Virus record (IMG/VR): IMGVR_UViG_3300027861_000002
From: an uncultured virus (IMG/VR IMGVR_UViG_3300027861_000002)
Taxonomy: Duplodnaviria; Heunggongvirae; Uroviricota; Caudoviricetes; Schitoviridae
Length of the DNA: 20,000 bases
Strand: one strand, 5' to 3'
Shown: positions 1 through 7,716 of the stretch, in pieces
Position numbering within the stretch: position 1 is the first letter of the stretch
How the letters are laid out: each line of letters begins with the position of its first letter
The notes under the pieces: model-generated
Databases searched by the model: none
What the model saw: only the letters and a program-made list of their open reading frames with translations
Told to the model about the DNA's origin: nothing
Program-made: the position numbers and the translations under genes

Positions 1-100
1 GAGTAGAATATGGATTACTAGCTGCTTGGCTAGCAGCAAGATCTGATCTAGTTGTATCTCCAAAGTTAGCAGTTACAGGAGTAAATCTTAATTGAGGCAT
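1..100 (-). CDS. 5' end of a gene running off the window; by position a probable N4 gp51-like internal virion/ejection protein
   Basis: ATG at 100 preceded by AAGGA (RBS-like) just after the upstream stop. Open frame MPQLRFTPVTANFGDTTRSDLAASQAASNPYST continues to the window edge. Identity inferred from synteny only. Confidence 0.55.
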   Translation of the reverse strand, partial: MPQLRFTPVTANFGDTTRSDLAASQAASNPYST

Positions 101-110
101 AGTCTTATCC

Positions 111-1574
111 TTATCCTAATAAATTAGGTTTATTAATCTTTGGTGCATACTGGCTTAGAAAGTCTTGTTGTCCTTGTAAGCCTCCTGTAGTAGGAAGTAG
201 ACCTAATCTACCTGCAAGATACCTATTCTTATCAGCAACATTTCTGGCGTATGAATCGTGTTGTAAATTTATATTATTCTGAGCTTGTTGTTTCTGTAAA
301 CCGAACTTCTCTTGGTTCAGTTTATGGGCATCTCTTGCAACCTTACCTTGTTGGTATGCACCATATCCACTAAATAACTTACCAATACCTTCAATGTTAT
401 CTCCTAAAAATCCAGCACCAGATTTAAGACTATTGAATGCACCACCGAAACCAAAGTTACCATCACCGATGCCTTTATTAGCATTTGTAGCAGCAGAATT
501 AGTAAATAAATCACCAAATAAGGAAGAAGAACTCTGATCTCCCCCTGGATTTTGACTTGCAAACCCGTACCCGCCTAAACCTGTACCAAGTTGGTTCCTA
601 CTTGCATCTGCAATTGTACCTGTACCACCATTACTACTGTATAAATCACTATTAGTATCAGACACAGTATTACTCCCAAATCCAAAAATATTCCCAGTAA
701 GTGGATTTGCTCCAGATTGTGGTTTAATACCTGCACCTGCAAAAAATCCTGGAACTGCATTAGAAGTTTGTGAACTAGGTATACTTGCTACAGGTTTAGT
801 TAAACTAGATATTTGTAATGGACCAGGATTTCGCAAATCAAAAGCACTCTCTTGTGCATTTTGTAACTCTTTTGATCTAAATAACTCTGCATTTTGCTTA
901 TTTTTTATTACAGCTTTAGGATTATATAATGTTGCATTTTTAGATTGTTCAAATCTAGCTGCATCAGCATCTAATGGATGTAATGAATTAGTATTACTGG
1001 GTATTTGAGGTAAAAAAGGAGTTACTTCAGGATTCTTTTTAAGTCGAGTAATATTATCAGTTCCTGCTTGTATACCTTGATTTACAAGTAATTGTTGTTC
1101 CGCAGGTAAATTATTTATCTTAGATATAGCTTGCACAGGATCAGTTTCATATTGTCTAATTAAAGAAGACAGTTCTCCATCAGAAGCTTGACTAACTTCA
1201 GTACTACCTGCACTAGGTGGTAATGTTGCTGTAGGTGAATTAACTATAGGGGCACTATTAGATTTAGGAGACTGCAAAAGTTTAGGTGGATTGCTTTTAT
1301 AAATTTCACCATGTATTTTAGAATATTTATTAACATCAGGGCCACTATTTATACTAAAAGAAATATCTGCTTGCTTTTTTTTAGACAAAAACTGTCGATA
1401 CGGGTTAGTATTACCTGGATTAATCTGATTATGTACCATAAATTTAATTTCATTAGCTGTTAACTGCTCAGCTTCTGGTAATGTCTTATTTTGTTTGATG
1501 TGTTCCTGAGCAACTTTCTCAACTTGAGTAGCTCTAGCCCTATTAAGTTTTAACCTATCTTTTGTAGCAGACAT
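111..1574 (-). CDS. Internal virion/ejection protein; C-terminal part resembles N4 gp52, with a long low-complexity N-terminal extension
   Basis: 487-aa ORF with GAGGTG RBS. Gly/Ser/Asn-rich region followed by GIGKLFSGYGAYQQGKVARDAHKLNQEKFGLQKQQ, typical of podovirus ejection proteins. Lies directly downstream of the gp53-like gene. Confidence 0.55.
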   Translation of the reverse strand: MSATKDRLKLNRARATQVEKVAQEHIKQNKTLPEAEQLTANEIKFMVHNQINPGNTNPYRQFLSKKKQADISFSINSGPDVNKYSKIHGEIYKSNPPKLLQSPKSNSAPIVNSPTATLPPSAGSTEVSQASDGELSSLIRQYETDPVQAISKINNLPAEQQLLVNQGIQAGTDNITRLKKNPEVTPFLPQIPSNTNSLHPLDADAARFEQSKNATLYNPKAVIKNKQNAELFRSKELQNAQESAFDLRNPGPLQISSLTKPVASIPSSQTSNAVPGFFAGAGIKPQSGANPLTGNIFGFGSNTVSDTNSDLYSSNGGTGTIADASRNQLGTGLGGYGFASQNPGGDQSSSSLFGDLFTNSAATNANKGIGDGNFGFGGAFNSLKSGAGFLGDNIEGIGKLFSGYGAYQQGKVARDAHKLNQEKFGLQKQQAQNNINLQHDSYARNVADKNRYLAGRLGLLPTTGGLQGQQDFLSQYAPKINKPNLLG

Positions 1575-1638
1575 CTAAATCACCTCAATGTTTAATTTTT
1601 AAAATTAAAGGTACTATCTTTAATTAATAATATCTAAA

Positions 1639-1648
1639 AGTATAGCAC
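1639..1648 (-). promoter_or_regulatory. Putative extended -10 promoter (TG-C-TATACT) upstream of the gp52-like gene
   Basis: Minus strand reads GTGCTATACT in the 81-bp AT-rich intergenic gap. GTGCTATA recurs at 11629-11636. Confidence 0.45.
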
Positions 1649-1655
1649 CTTATCT

Positions 1656-3986
1656 TCATGCAATGCTATCGAATGCTGGTGTGAACAATTCAAGCTTTAA
1701 AGCACTAGAATGATAACTACTTATTTGATCATTGGTTGCTACAGCAGGATTAGTTGTATGGACTGTTCTAGAGAAGAAATCACTAGGAGATTCATTATGT
1801 GAGCTATCCTTAGTCATTTTATCAATATCTAGGATATCAAACTCTTTATTATTTAATCCATCAGCAGCTTCTTGAATCTTCTCTAACTCAGTATTATACA
1901 GGTCATTGAAGTCTTCTTGCTCTTGTCTCAATAGGTCAGCTTGGTATGCTGTAATTGAATTAAACCCATCAACAATTGTCTGTACAACTTCTAAGAATAA
2001 ATTTGCAGTAGCAAGATCAAGACTTAAAGAGAAACTACTACTACCCTTAGATCCAAGAAATGTTGCTATTACATAGAATGCTATAGCAATATTCTGTTTA
2101 GATTTATCGTCACCAGCTTTTTCCATTAACTTACGGAAAATAGTCTTGATTGCATAATTAACCAAATACTGCTTAAGCATCTCCCAAAGAATTAACCGAA
2201 CTAATATATGTACTGCAAATACATACGCACCAGCAGCTAATGCAGACACGAATGCTGATGTTGCAGCACCAGAGGCACCACTAGTAAATACAGAAAGAAC
2301 GAGACCAACAATAAGGATGACAGCACTAAGGAGTGATACAAACCCAGATGTTTGATAATACCTTAAATGAGTTACACTCTGAGCATAGTTAACTAAAACT
2401 AGTGCCTCTATGAGTAAAGTTGTTCTATCATTTGATGTGTAATCCTCTAGCATTAAATAAGGTACAGGGAATATGAAGTTAGACATAGCTTCTGCATCAC
2501 TACTTATTTCAAGTACAGCAGTGTAGAAAGAACCAGAATCACCTGTATCAATAATTATTGTTTGATGTAATCCATAAACAATAACCTCTCTATAATTAGA
2601 AGCATCAGTTTGATATTGAACAGTAACATAACTGTTAATACCACCATATTGACCTAGGCCTAAATCATATGGATCATTTGCAAGCACAGTAGCAACATTC
2701 GTGTATTCACCTACATCAGCTATAACACCTACATGGTCAGTAATTGTCATATAACTAAATACAATTGCAGCATTATAATTCTGTTCATCTAACTTAATTA
2801 TATTAAATGATTTACTTATATCAGGTGAATTAGTGTATTGGATCTCATCAACAATAGCATTTGAATTAAAATTAATGAACAAGTCATAGAGGAACTTCAT
2901 CCCTACTTGGGATTGAGTATATAGATTTATTCCAAATAAAATAAATGAATCTTTAATACTATCAATATCTGAATTTGAATCTATAGCACCAACAATATCA
3001 TCTAAATTTAATGGTATTTTATTTAGTAGCTCTTTACTGGTTATATACTCTGGATCACTAGAATCTGTGTCTAAACTAATAAAGTCTTTTCTAAGAGGAA
3101 TTATTGGCAATAACTTAGTTAAATCACTAGTAACACTTTCAACATTTGGATCTAGATCAGGGTAAGTTCCAGAAGCTACTTCATAATACCAGACGAATCT
3201 TACACTTGGTGCTGAATCTTTATAGTAAACAACTCGATACCAATTTCCTTCTGGATTTGTAGAATAACTAAGTCTGTGGTTAACAATAAGAGGAGAAAGT
3301 CCTGTATCAATAGTTACACCATCTAGTTCAAGGTGGTCGAGTGTAGTTATCCAATTACCTAATTCAACATCTGTATCTCTAAATAACAAAATATTTAAAT
3401 CTGGATCAGCTGCAGTATCAACAATATTTTGAGTTGAGTACTGATACTCAGTCGACCCAGTATTAAAAATATTAGTCAAATCCCACTGAGCAAATTCTTC
3501 TAGGTCAGGAACTCCAAGAGTCATTTCAAGAACTGTAACTGGTTCTCCTAAAATACTCTCAAGGACATCCTCAGCAACTGGTACTAAGGTGGTTCTCCAG
3601 CTAGTACTAATAGTAGGTATTCCATGCGTATAGGTTGTATTACCATACTCAATATATTTATTTATACTGGTGCTAATACTTGATACAAATGTAATGACAA
3701 TTTCATCACCAACATCTGTGCCTGTATGGAGTGCGTTTAAAACAGCAATTTTACCTAAGGAATCAGGAGCTTCTGTGAATATCTGTGTAGTTAATACTTC
3801 AGTAGCAAAGACATCTTCATCTTCAAATCCAAGAACATTAAATGTTTCTTCAATAATTTTCTTACCAATACCATTCCAAACAGTAAGAGTAATAGATTCT
3901 ACAAATCTAAATTGCTCTTCAGCAAAATCAACAATATCATCAAAAGCATCTTTAACTAATTCCTTAACTGAATCTTCACAACCCAT
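1656..3986 (-). CDS. N4 gp53-like virion structural protein with C-terminal hydrophobic helices
   Basis: 776 aa. Motifs include LPIIPLR, YYQTSGF followed by long hydrophobic segments, and C-terminal ESPSDFFSRT. Position after gp55/gp54 matches N4 synteny. Confidence 0.7.
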   Translation of the reverse strand: MGCEDSVKELVKDAFDDIVDFAEEQFRFVESITLTVWNGIGKKIIEETFNVLGFEDEDVFATEVLTTQIFTEAPDSLGKIAVLNALHTGTDVGDEIVITFVSSISTSINKYIEYGNTTYTHGIPTISTSWRTTLVPVAEDVLESILGEPVTVLEMTLGVPDLEEFAQWDLTNIFNTGSTEYQYSTQNIVDTAADPDLNILLFRDTDVELGNWITTLDHLELDGVTIDTGLSPLIVNHRLSYSTNPEGNWYRVVYYKDSAPSVRFVWYYEVASGTYPDLDPNVESVTSDLTKLLPIIPLRKDFISLDTDSSDPEYITSKELLNKIPLNLDDIVGAIDSNSDIDSIKDSFILFGINLYTQSQVGMKFLYDLFINFNSNAIVDEIQYTNSPDISKSFNIIKLDEQNYNAAIVFSYMTITDHVGVIADVGEYTNVATVLANDPYDLGLGQYGGINSYVTVQYQTDASNYREVIVYGLHQTIIIDTGDSGSFYTAVLEISSDAEAMSNFIFPVPYLMLEDYTSNDRTTLLIEALVLVNYAQSVTHLRYYQTSGFVSLLSAVILIVGLVLSVFTSGASGAATSAFVSALAAGAYVFAVHILVRLILWEMLKQYLVNYAIKTIFRKLMEKAGDDKSKQNIAIAFYVIATFLGSKGSSSFSLSLDLATANLFLEVVQTIVDGFNSITAYQADLLRQEQEDFNDLYNTELEKIQEAADGLNNKEFDILDIDKMTKDSSHNESPSDFFSRTVHTTNPAVATNDQISSYHSSALKLELFTPAFDSIA

Positions 3987-3987
3987 T

Positions 3988-4407
3988 TTAATACCTCGGA
4001 ATTAATCTGATTGAATCAACCTTACCTAATTTCCATCTACGGATGGATTTACTACAGCAGAAATCTTGGTATTCAGCACATGAAATACTCTTAGGAATAA
4101 ACCGTGTACTAAGGTTTAGTTCAGATATGTACTTCAGGAGCAAATTAAGCCCCTCTGAGGGACTTTCTTCATAAAAAAGTGTATTTATGCGTAATGAATA
4201 TCTTGTAGGCTTCAATGCATAAAAATAAGCTAAGACATCTTTACCTAGAACCACTTGCTTACAAATGCCAGTAGATAAGGATTCTTTCATTAATTGATAG
4301 TGAGCTTCTTTCTCTAAGTCAGAGATTTCTAAATCAGAAATTATCCAAGAGAAATATTGATCAAAGTGTTCATCAATATTCTCTGGATTAATCGATTGAA
4401 TATTCAC
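3988..4407 (-). CDS. Hypothetical protein (139 aa), possibly a degenerate GNAT-like fold
   Basis: GTG start overlaps the upstream TAG and the gene ends 1 nt before the gp53-like start, so it is tightly packed in the operon. The fold assignment is a guess. Confidence 0.55.
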   Translation of the reverse strand: MNIQSINPENIDEHFDQYFSWIISDLEISDLEKEAHYQLMKESLSTGICKQVVLGKDVLAYFYALKPTRYSLRINTLFYEESPSEGLNLLLKYISELNLSTRFIPKSISCAEYQDFCCSKSIRRWKLGKVDSIRLIPRY

Positions 4408-5006
4408 TAAGGTAATACAACCCCAATACCTGCACCTGCTTTAGTAGCAACAGTATCAATAGGTGTATCCGCAAAAGTAGGAGGAGGAGTCTGTGAAGTA
4501 CTTGCAGATATGCCCCATAATTGAGTCATAATACTAAGCAACTTCTGTTCAGCATCCCTATCATACCCATCCTTTTGTTTATCATACAGATCATTCTTCT
4601 TACCTACAGATCCAACAACAAGATTACCATCTACAGTATCTAATATTTGAGCTTGCTCAGTAAACTTCTTTTGGGTAAGTAAATCTGTTTCTGCAGTAGT
4701 TTTAAGTGTTTGCTGTACAGCAGTAAGTATATTCTGATCAACTACATCTTCATCCTTAGCCACTTTAGATGCTTGAGCAGCAATTAGATCTGCTTGCTTA
4801 TCTGCCTGTTGTTCACCTAATACAAACTGTATCGATTGAGAAATAGCAGATTGCATAGCACCTAGATAAACAGTTGCATAGTCAGAACCTTTAATTCTAC
4901 CAGCATCATATTGCCCATTTATCCTAGTTTCTATAGCACACATCAATTCATCAAATACACCAGTATTGTCATTACTAGTTATATCAGATATTTGAATATT
5001 ACTCAT
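4407..5006 (-). CDS. N4 gp54-like virion structural protein
   Basis: GVFDELM..I...I..QYDAGRIKGSDYATVYLGAMQ and GSVGKKNDLY..QKDGY.RDAEQK motifs as recalled for gp54 homologues; synteny. Confidence 0.8.
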   Translation of the reverse strand: MSNIQISDITSNDNTGVFDELMCAIETRINGQYDAGRIKGSDYATVYLGAMQSAISQSIQFVLGEQQADKQADLIAAQASKVAKDEDVVDQNILTAVQQTLKTTAETDLLTQKKFTEQAQILDTVDGNLVVGSVGKKNDLYDKQKDGYDRDAEQKLLSIMTQLWGISASTSQTPPPTFADTPIDTVATKAGAGIGVVLP

Positions 5007-5610
5007 TTGAAGTCCCTTCAGCCATAGCTTGCCTTTGTGCTAAGTCTTTCAATTCTTGTTTAGTTAATGGAGGTAAAACTTCCATAGCAAACTCATTAAT
5101 AAGTTTAGCTTTTCTAATCTTCTCTCCTCTAGCACCTTGAACAGTTTGAAATACAGAACATTTACGTTCTTTTAATGCCTGATACATCATTACAGGCATA
5201 TGCCAGGGTTGGTCACTATTAAAAGGTATAAATTTCTTATACGTACCTAATTTAGCAGACCCAACTGAAACAATTTCACCTTGCCAACTAGTTTTATTTG
5301 GATTCATACAAGTAATCCTAACTCTAATCATTCTACCTGCATTTGCTTTATCTCGTTTACGTTTATCTGCTTTATATTCAGTTTGAGTCATGTAAAACTT
5401 TTCATGAGTTTTACTGTTAGATTCATTATGATGTTTAGTAGCATCATTCACCTCATCACTTCCTAATTTTAAATCAATCTTAGCCGCAAGTTTAGCTACA
5501 CCAATATTAGCGTTATAACTAATACCTAACATGTTTGCTCTTGCTTTAAGATTATCTAATTCACTAGGGACTTCTGCTTGACTTATATTGTCAGTTTTTG
5601 TTGTTGTCAT
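4999..5610 (-). CDS. N4 gp55-like conserved protein
   Basis: ELDNLKARANMLGISYNANIG, IRVRITCMNPNK..WQGEI and EFAMEVLPPLT..ELKDLA.RQ motifs; downstream of the capsid gene. Confidence 0.85.
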   Translation of the reverse strand: MTTTKTDNISQAEVPSELDNLKARANMLGISYNANIGVAKLAAKIDLKLGSDEVNDATKHHNESNSKTHEKFYMTQTEYKADKRKRDKANAGRMIRVRITCMNPNKTSWQGEIVSVGSAKLGTYKKFIPFNSDQPWHMPVMMYQALKERKCSVFQTVQGARGEKIRKAKLINEFAMEVLPPLTKQELKDLAQRQAMAEGTSNE

Positions 5611-5649
5611 TTTATTAACTACCTATATCTTTTTGAGGGTATGATACCC

Positions 5650-5946
5650 CTATTTATTTAAGTTTGGATCAGTAGCATGTTGCCACTTAAATCCGCCTGC
5701 ATGATTAAGTTTACCCGAACAAACTCTAGAAAGACTCCCACTATTAATACCTAAAGTAGAGACTATTTCTTTAGCATTATCCCATAACTTAATAATTTCT
5801 CCTGTATCCTTATCAATTTGCTGTATAGATATGTTTACTGTATTTAATTTACCTAACATAAGTTCCTTAGTTAAATTAATTTCTGAATCATGTCTAGCCC
5901 ACCTAAATCCTTTAAATGGTTTCATTAATTTATGCGCCCTATTCAT
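5650..5946 (-). CDS. NUMOD1-type helix-turn-helix DNA-binding module; C-terminal remnant of a homing endonuclease
   Basis: IQQIDKDTGEIIKLWDNAKEIVSTLGINSGSLSRVCSGKLNHAGGFKW matches the NUMOD1/IENR1 pattern. The preceding KPFKGFRW looks like the end of another such repeat. No nuclease domain present. Confidence 0.7.
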   Translation of the reverse strand: MNRAHKLMKPFKGFRWARHDSEINLTKELMLGKLNTVNISIQQIDKDTGEIIKLWDNAKEIVSTLGINSGSLSRVCSGKLNHAGGFKWQHATDPNLNK

Positions 5947-6050
5947 ACCACCATGATTAAGTACTTGGTGTTAGTACACCGATACATCATCAAATACCAA
6001 ATTTTATACAAAGGATGTTCACTTAAATTTTTCGATACTGATATTTTCAT
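5650..6050 (-). pseudogene. Internally deleted HNH-type homing endonuclease gene (35-aa N-terminal fragment at 5943-6050 plus out-of-frame NUMOD1 tail)
   Basis: ATG at 6050 with GAGAGG RBS gives MKISVSKNLSEHPLYKIWYLMMYRCTNTKYLIMVV*. HPLY.IW..M..RC.N is the typical N-terminal motif of phage HNH/AP2-type endonucleases. The expected YGGRGI and HNH core are missing. Confidence 0.65.
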
Positions 6051-6088
6051 AAAAAACTACCTCTCTAATGGGTTACATAAAGAGGTAG
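6051..6088 (-). terminator. Intrinsic terminator downstream of the major capsid gene; its stem also sequesters the RBS of the HNH remnant
   Basis: Minus strand CTACCTCT-TTATGTAACCCATTAG-AGAGGTAG-TTTTTT: 8-bp perfect stem (extendable) followed by U6. Confidence 0.75.
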
Positions 6089-6115
6089 CATATCGCTATG
6101 CAGATTTTATTTCAA
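6087..6115 (-). promoter_or_regulatory. Putative sigma70-type promoter for the endonuclease cassette
   Basis: TTGAAA (6115-6110), 17-nt spacer, TATGCT (6092-6087). Predicted +1 near 6080, inside the hairpin. Confidence 0.5.
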
Positions 6116-6132
6116 GCTCTGCAACTGTCTGG

Positions 6133-7695
6133 TCACCATTCAGCAATAGTTTTGATCAAAGCAATACGTTCTGGACGTAAAGCTAGGAAACCAAAGTACC
6201 ACTTAATAGACATAAAACCTGTTTCGCCATAAGGATCATCTGAAGAATGATTATTCTCTGGCTTAACATGTTTGATTTTGAACTTAACAGTCTTACCATT
6301 GGTTTGAAAACCAATAGTAGCAAATGACTCACTGCCAACAGATAACATTGGGAATACGTCATAGTTCAAAGTAGCACCATCAGCAGTAGTTGAATATCTG
6401 TAGTTTGTTGTTGCTTCTACAGCATCAGCAATTTCTGCACCTACAGCGTTCCAATGCATCATTTCTGGAACAACAATGAATCTCCAGTTATCGATAGCAC
6501 CAATCTCACCACGTGCAACATTACCTGCAGAAGCATACTGGGCAACTGGAATAAATGCTTTATTGTCATGATAATCAGTCATACGCATAACAGTAGGAAT
6601 CAATTCAGAACCAATATACATATACCTGGCAGCGTTAACTACTTTAGTATCTGTCATTCTAGAACCAGCAATGATCTTAGTATTTTTAGGAGATCTATTC
6701 TGATCTAATTCAATACCTAATTTAACTAAATCATCGTAGTCTACTGCATCATTAGTATTACCTGAAGCAAATGGATTAGTTACATCATCACCTTGCAAAG
6801 TAGTGGTACTTGTAGCCGAGCCAGTATAACGAATTACACCAGCAGCATTTAACAATTCAATCTGAAGTTGATCTTCAGTCAATTCATTAGCAGCTTTAAC
6901 CATTTCCTGAGTCATATGAGACATCAATTCAGAATCGGTATCAAAGTCTAGAGATTCTTGAGAATACTCATCAAAGAAACCAAACTTCTCTAGAGAACCT
7001 GAGATATCAATACGCTTCATACCAACTCTATTAACACGACCACCAGTTTCAGAAAGAGCTGGAAGTTTAGCAGTAATAGTACTTACATCTTTAGATGATC
7101 CATAGAAATTACCATATAGAGAGGTATCACTACCTGCAATAGCGGTAACAGTATAATCAGGGGATGCAGTAGTATTCAAAGCATCTGCAGAAGCATCAAC
7201 TAATTCAACATATGCAGCAGCAATATCAGCAGCAGTAGAAGTACTATCAATATCTTGAGAAGTGGTATACCCCTTAAAATATGCCCAAGCTACAACTTTA
7301 CCCTTGGCTTCAGCAAGTGCTGCAGCATCACTAGTAACATTATGTGCTACAAAGTATTTAGTTTGTGAAGCAGGCTGCCCCGTCTCTAATACAGAAACAG
7401 CTGCAGTAAAGGGATGAGTTACGTCACCTGTAACAGTACCAGCAGAAGCTAATGCACCTTCAGCATCAATACCTTGATCATTAACATTACGATCATCAAG
7501 AACTGGAAGATAGTGATATTGCTTAATGGTTTTACCCATATTCTTAGGCATAGCTCTAGAACTAGCTAATTGACCAAAATATTGCTCTTTAGCAGCTTCA
7601 ACTAAAGCTTTCTTGTAATAATAATCAGTACGATACTGAGTTCCGATATCTGAATTAGATCCAGTACCGTAAAGTTGTGATGTTGCAGTAGTCAT
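6133..7695 (-). CDS. Major capsid protein, N4 gp56 family, with a ~110-aa insertion
   Basis: Motifs match recalled N4 gp56: KEQYF.QLAS...MPKNMGKTIK, LDDRNVNDQGIDA.G, GN.YGSSKD, GGRVNRVG, VPEMMHW, DPYGETGF.SIKWY.G...LRPERIALIKT. GAGG RBS. Confidence 0.95.
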   Translation of the reverse strand: MTTATSQLYGTGSNSDIGTQYRTDYYYKKALVEAAKEQYFGQLASSRAMPKNMGKTIKQYHYLPVLDDRNVNDQGIDAEGALASAGTVTGDVTHPFTAAVSVLETGQPASQTKYFVAHNVTSDAAALAEAKGKVVAWAYFKGYTTSQDIDSTSTAADIAAAYVELVDASADALNTTASPDYTVTAIAGSDTSLYGNFYGSSKDVSTITAKLPALSETGGRVNRVGMKRIDISGSLEKFGFFDEYSQESLDFDTDSELMSHMTQEMVKAANELTEDQLQIELLNAAGVIRYTGSATSTTTLQGDDVTNPFASGNTNDAVDYDDLVKLGIELDQNRSPKNTKIIAGSRMTDTKVVNAARYMYIGSELIPTVMRMTDYHDNKAFIPVAQYASAGNVARGEIGAIDNWRFIVVPEMMHWNAVGAEIADAVEATTNYRYSTTADGATLNYDVFPMLSVGSESFATIGFQTNGKTVKFKIKHVKPENNHSSDDPYGETGFMSIKWYFGFLALRPERIALIKTIAEW

Positions 7696-7716
7696 TTGTA
7701 ATTACCTCAAATATAA

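Noticed and set aside
575..760. 61-aa alternative-frame ORF nested in the gp52-like gene
   Set aside because: The Val/Leu/Gln-rich composition is what a shifted frame of Gly/Ser/Thr codons produces; no lipobox and no lysis context.
5631..5652. Small hairpin GGGTA-TCA-TACCC after the NUMOD1 ORF as a terminator or N4 vRNAP hairpin promoter
   Set aside because: Short stem followed by an A-run rather than a U-run on the coding strand; a late-region location does not fit a vRNAP promoter.
6112..6135. Possible TGA read-through extension of the capsid protein
   Set aside because: A second in-frame TGA follows after six codons, and the capsid C-terminus already matches the end of gp56.
7114..7452. 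Capsid insertion as an intein or intron
   Set aside because: In frame, with no intein splice-junction residues, no LAGLIDADG motifs and no recognisable group I core.
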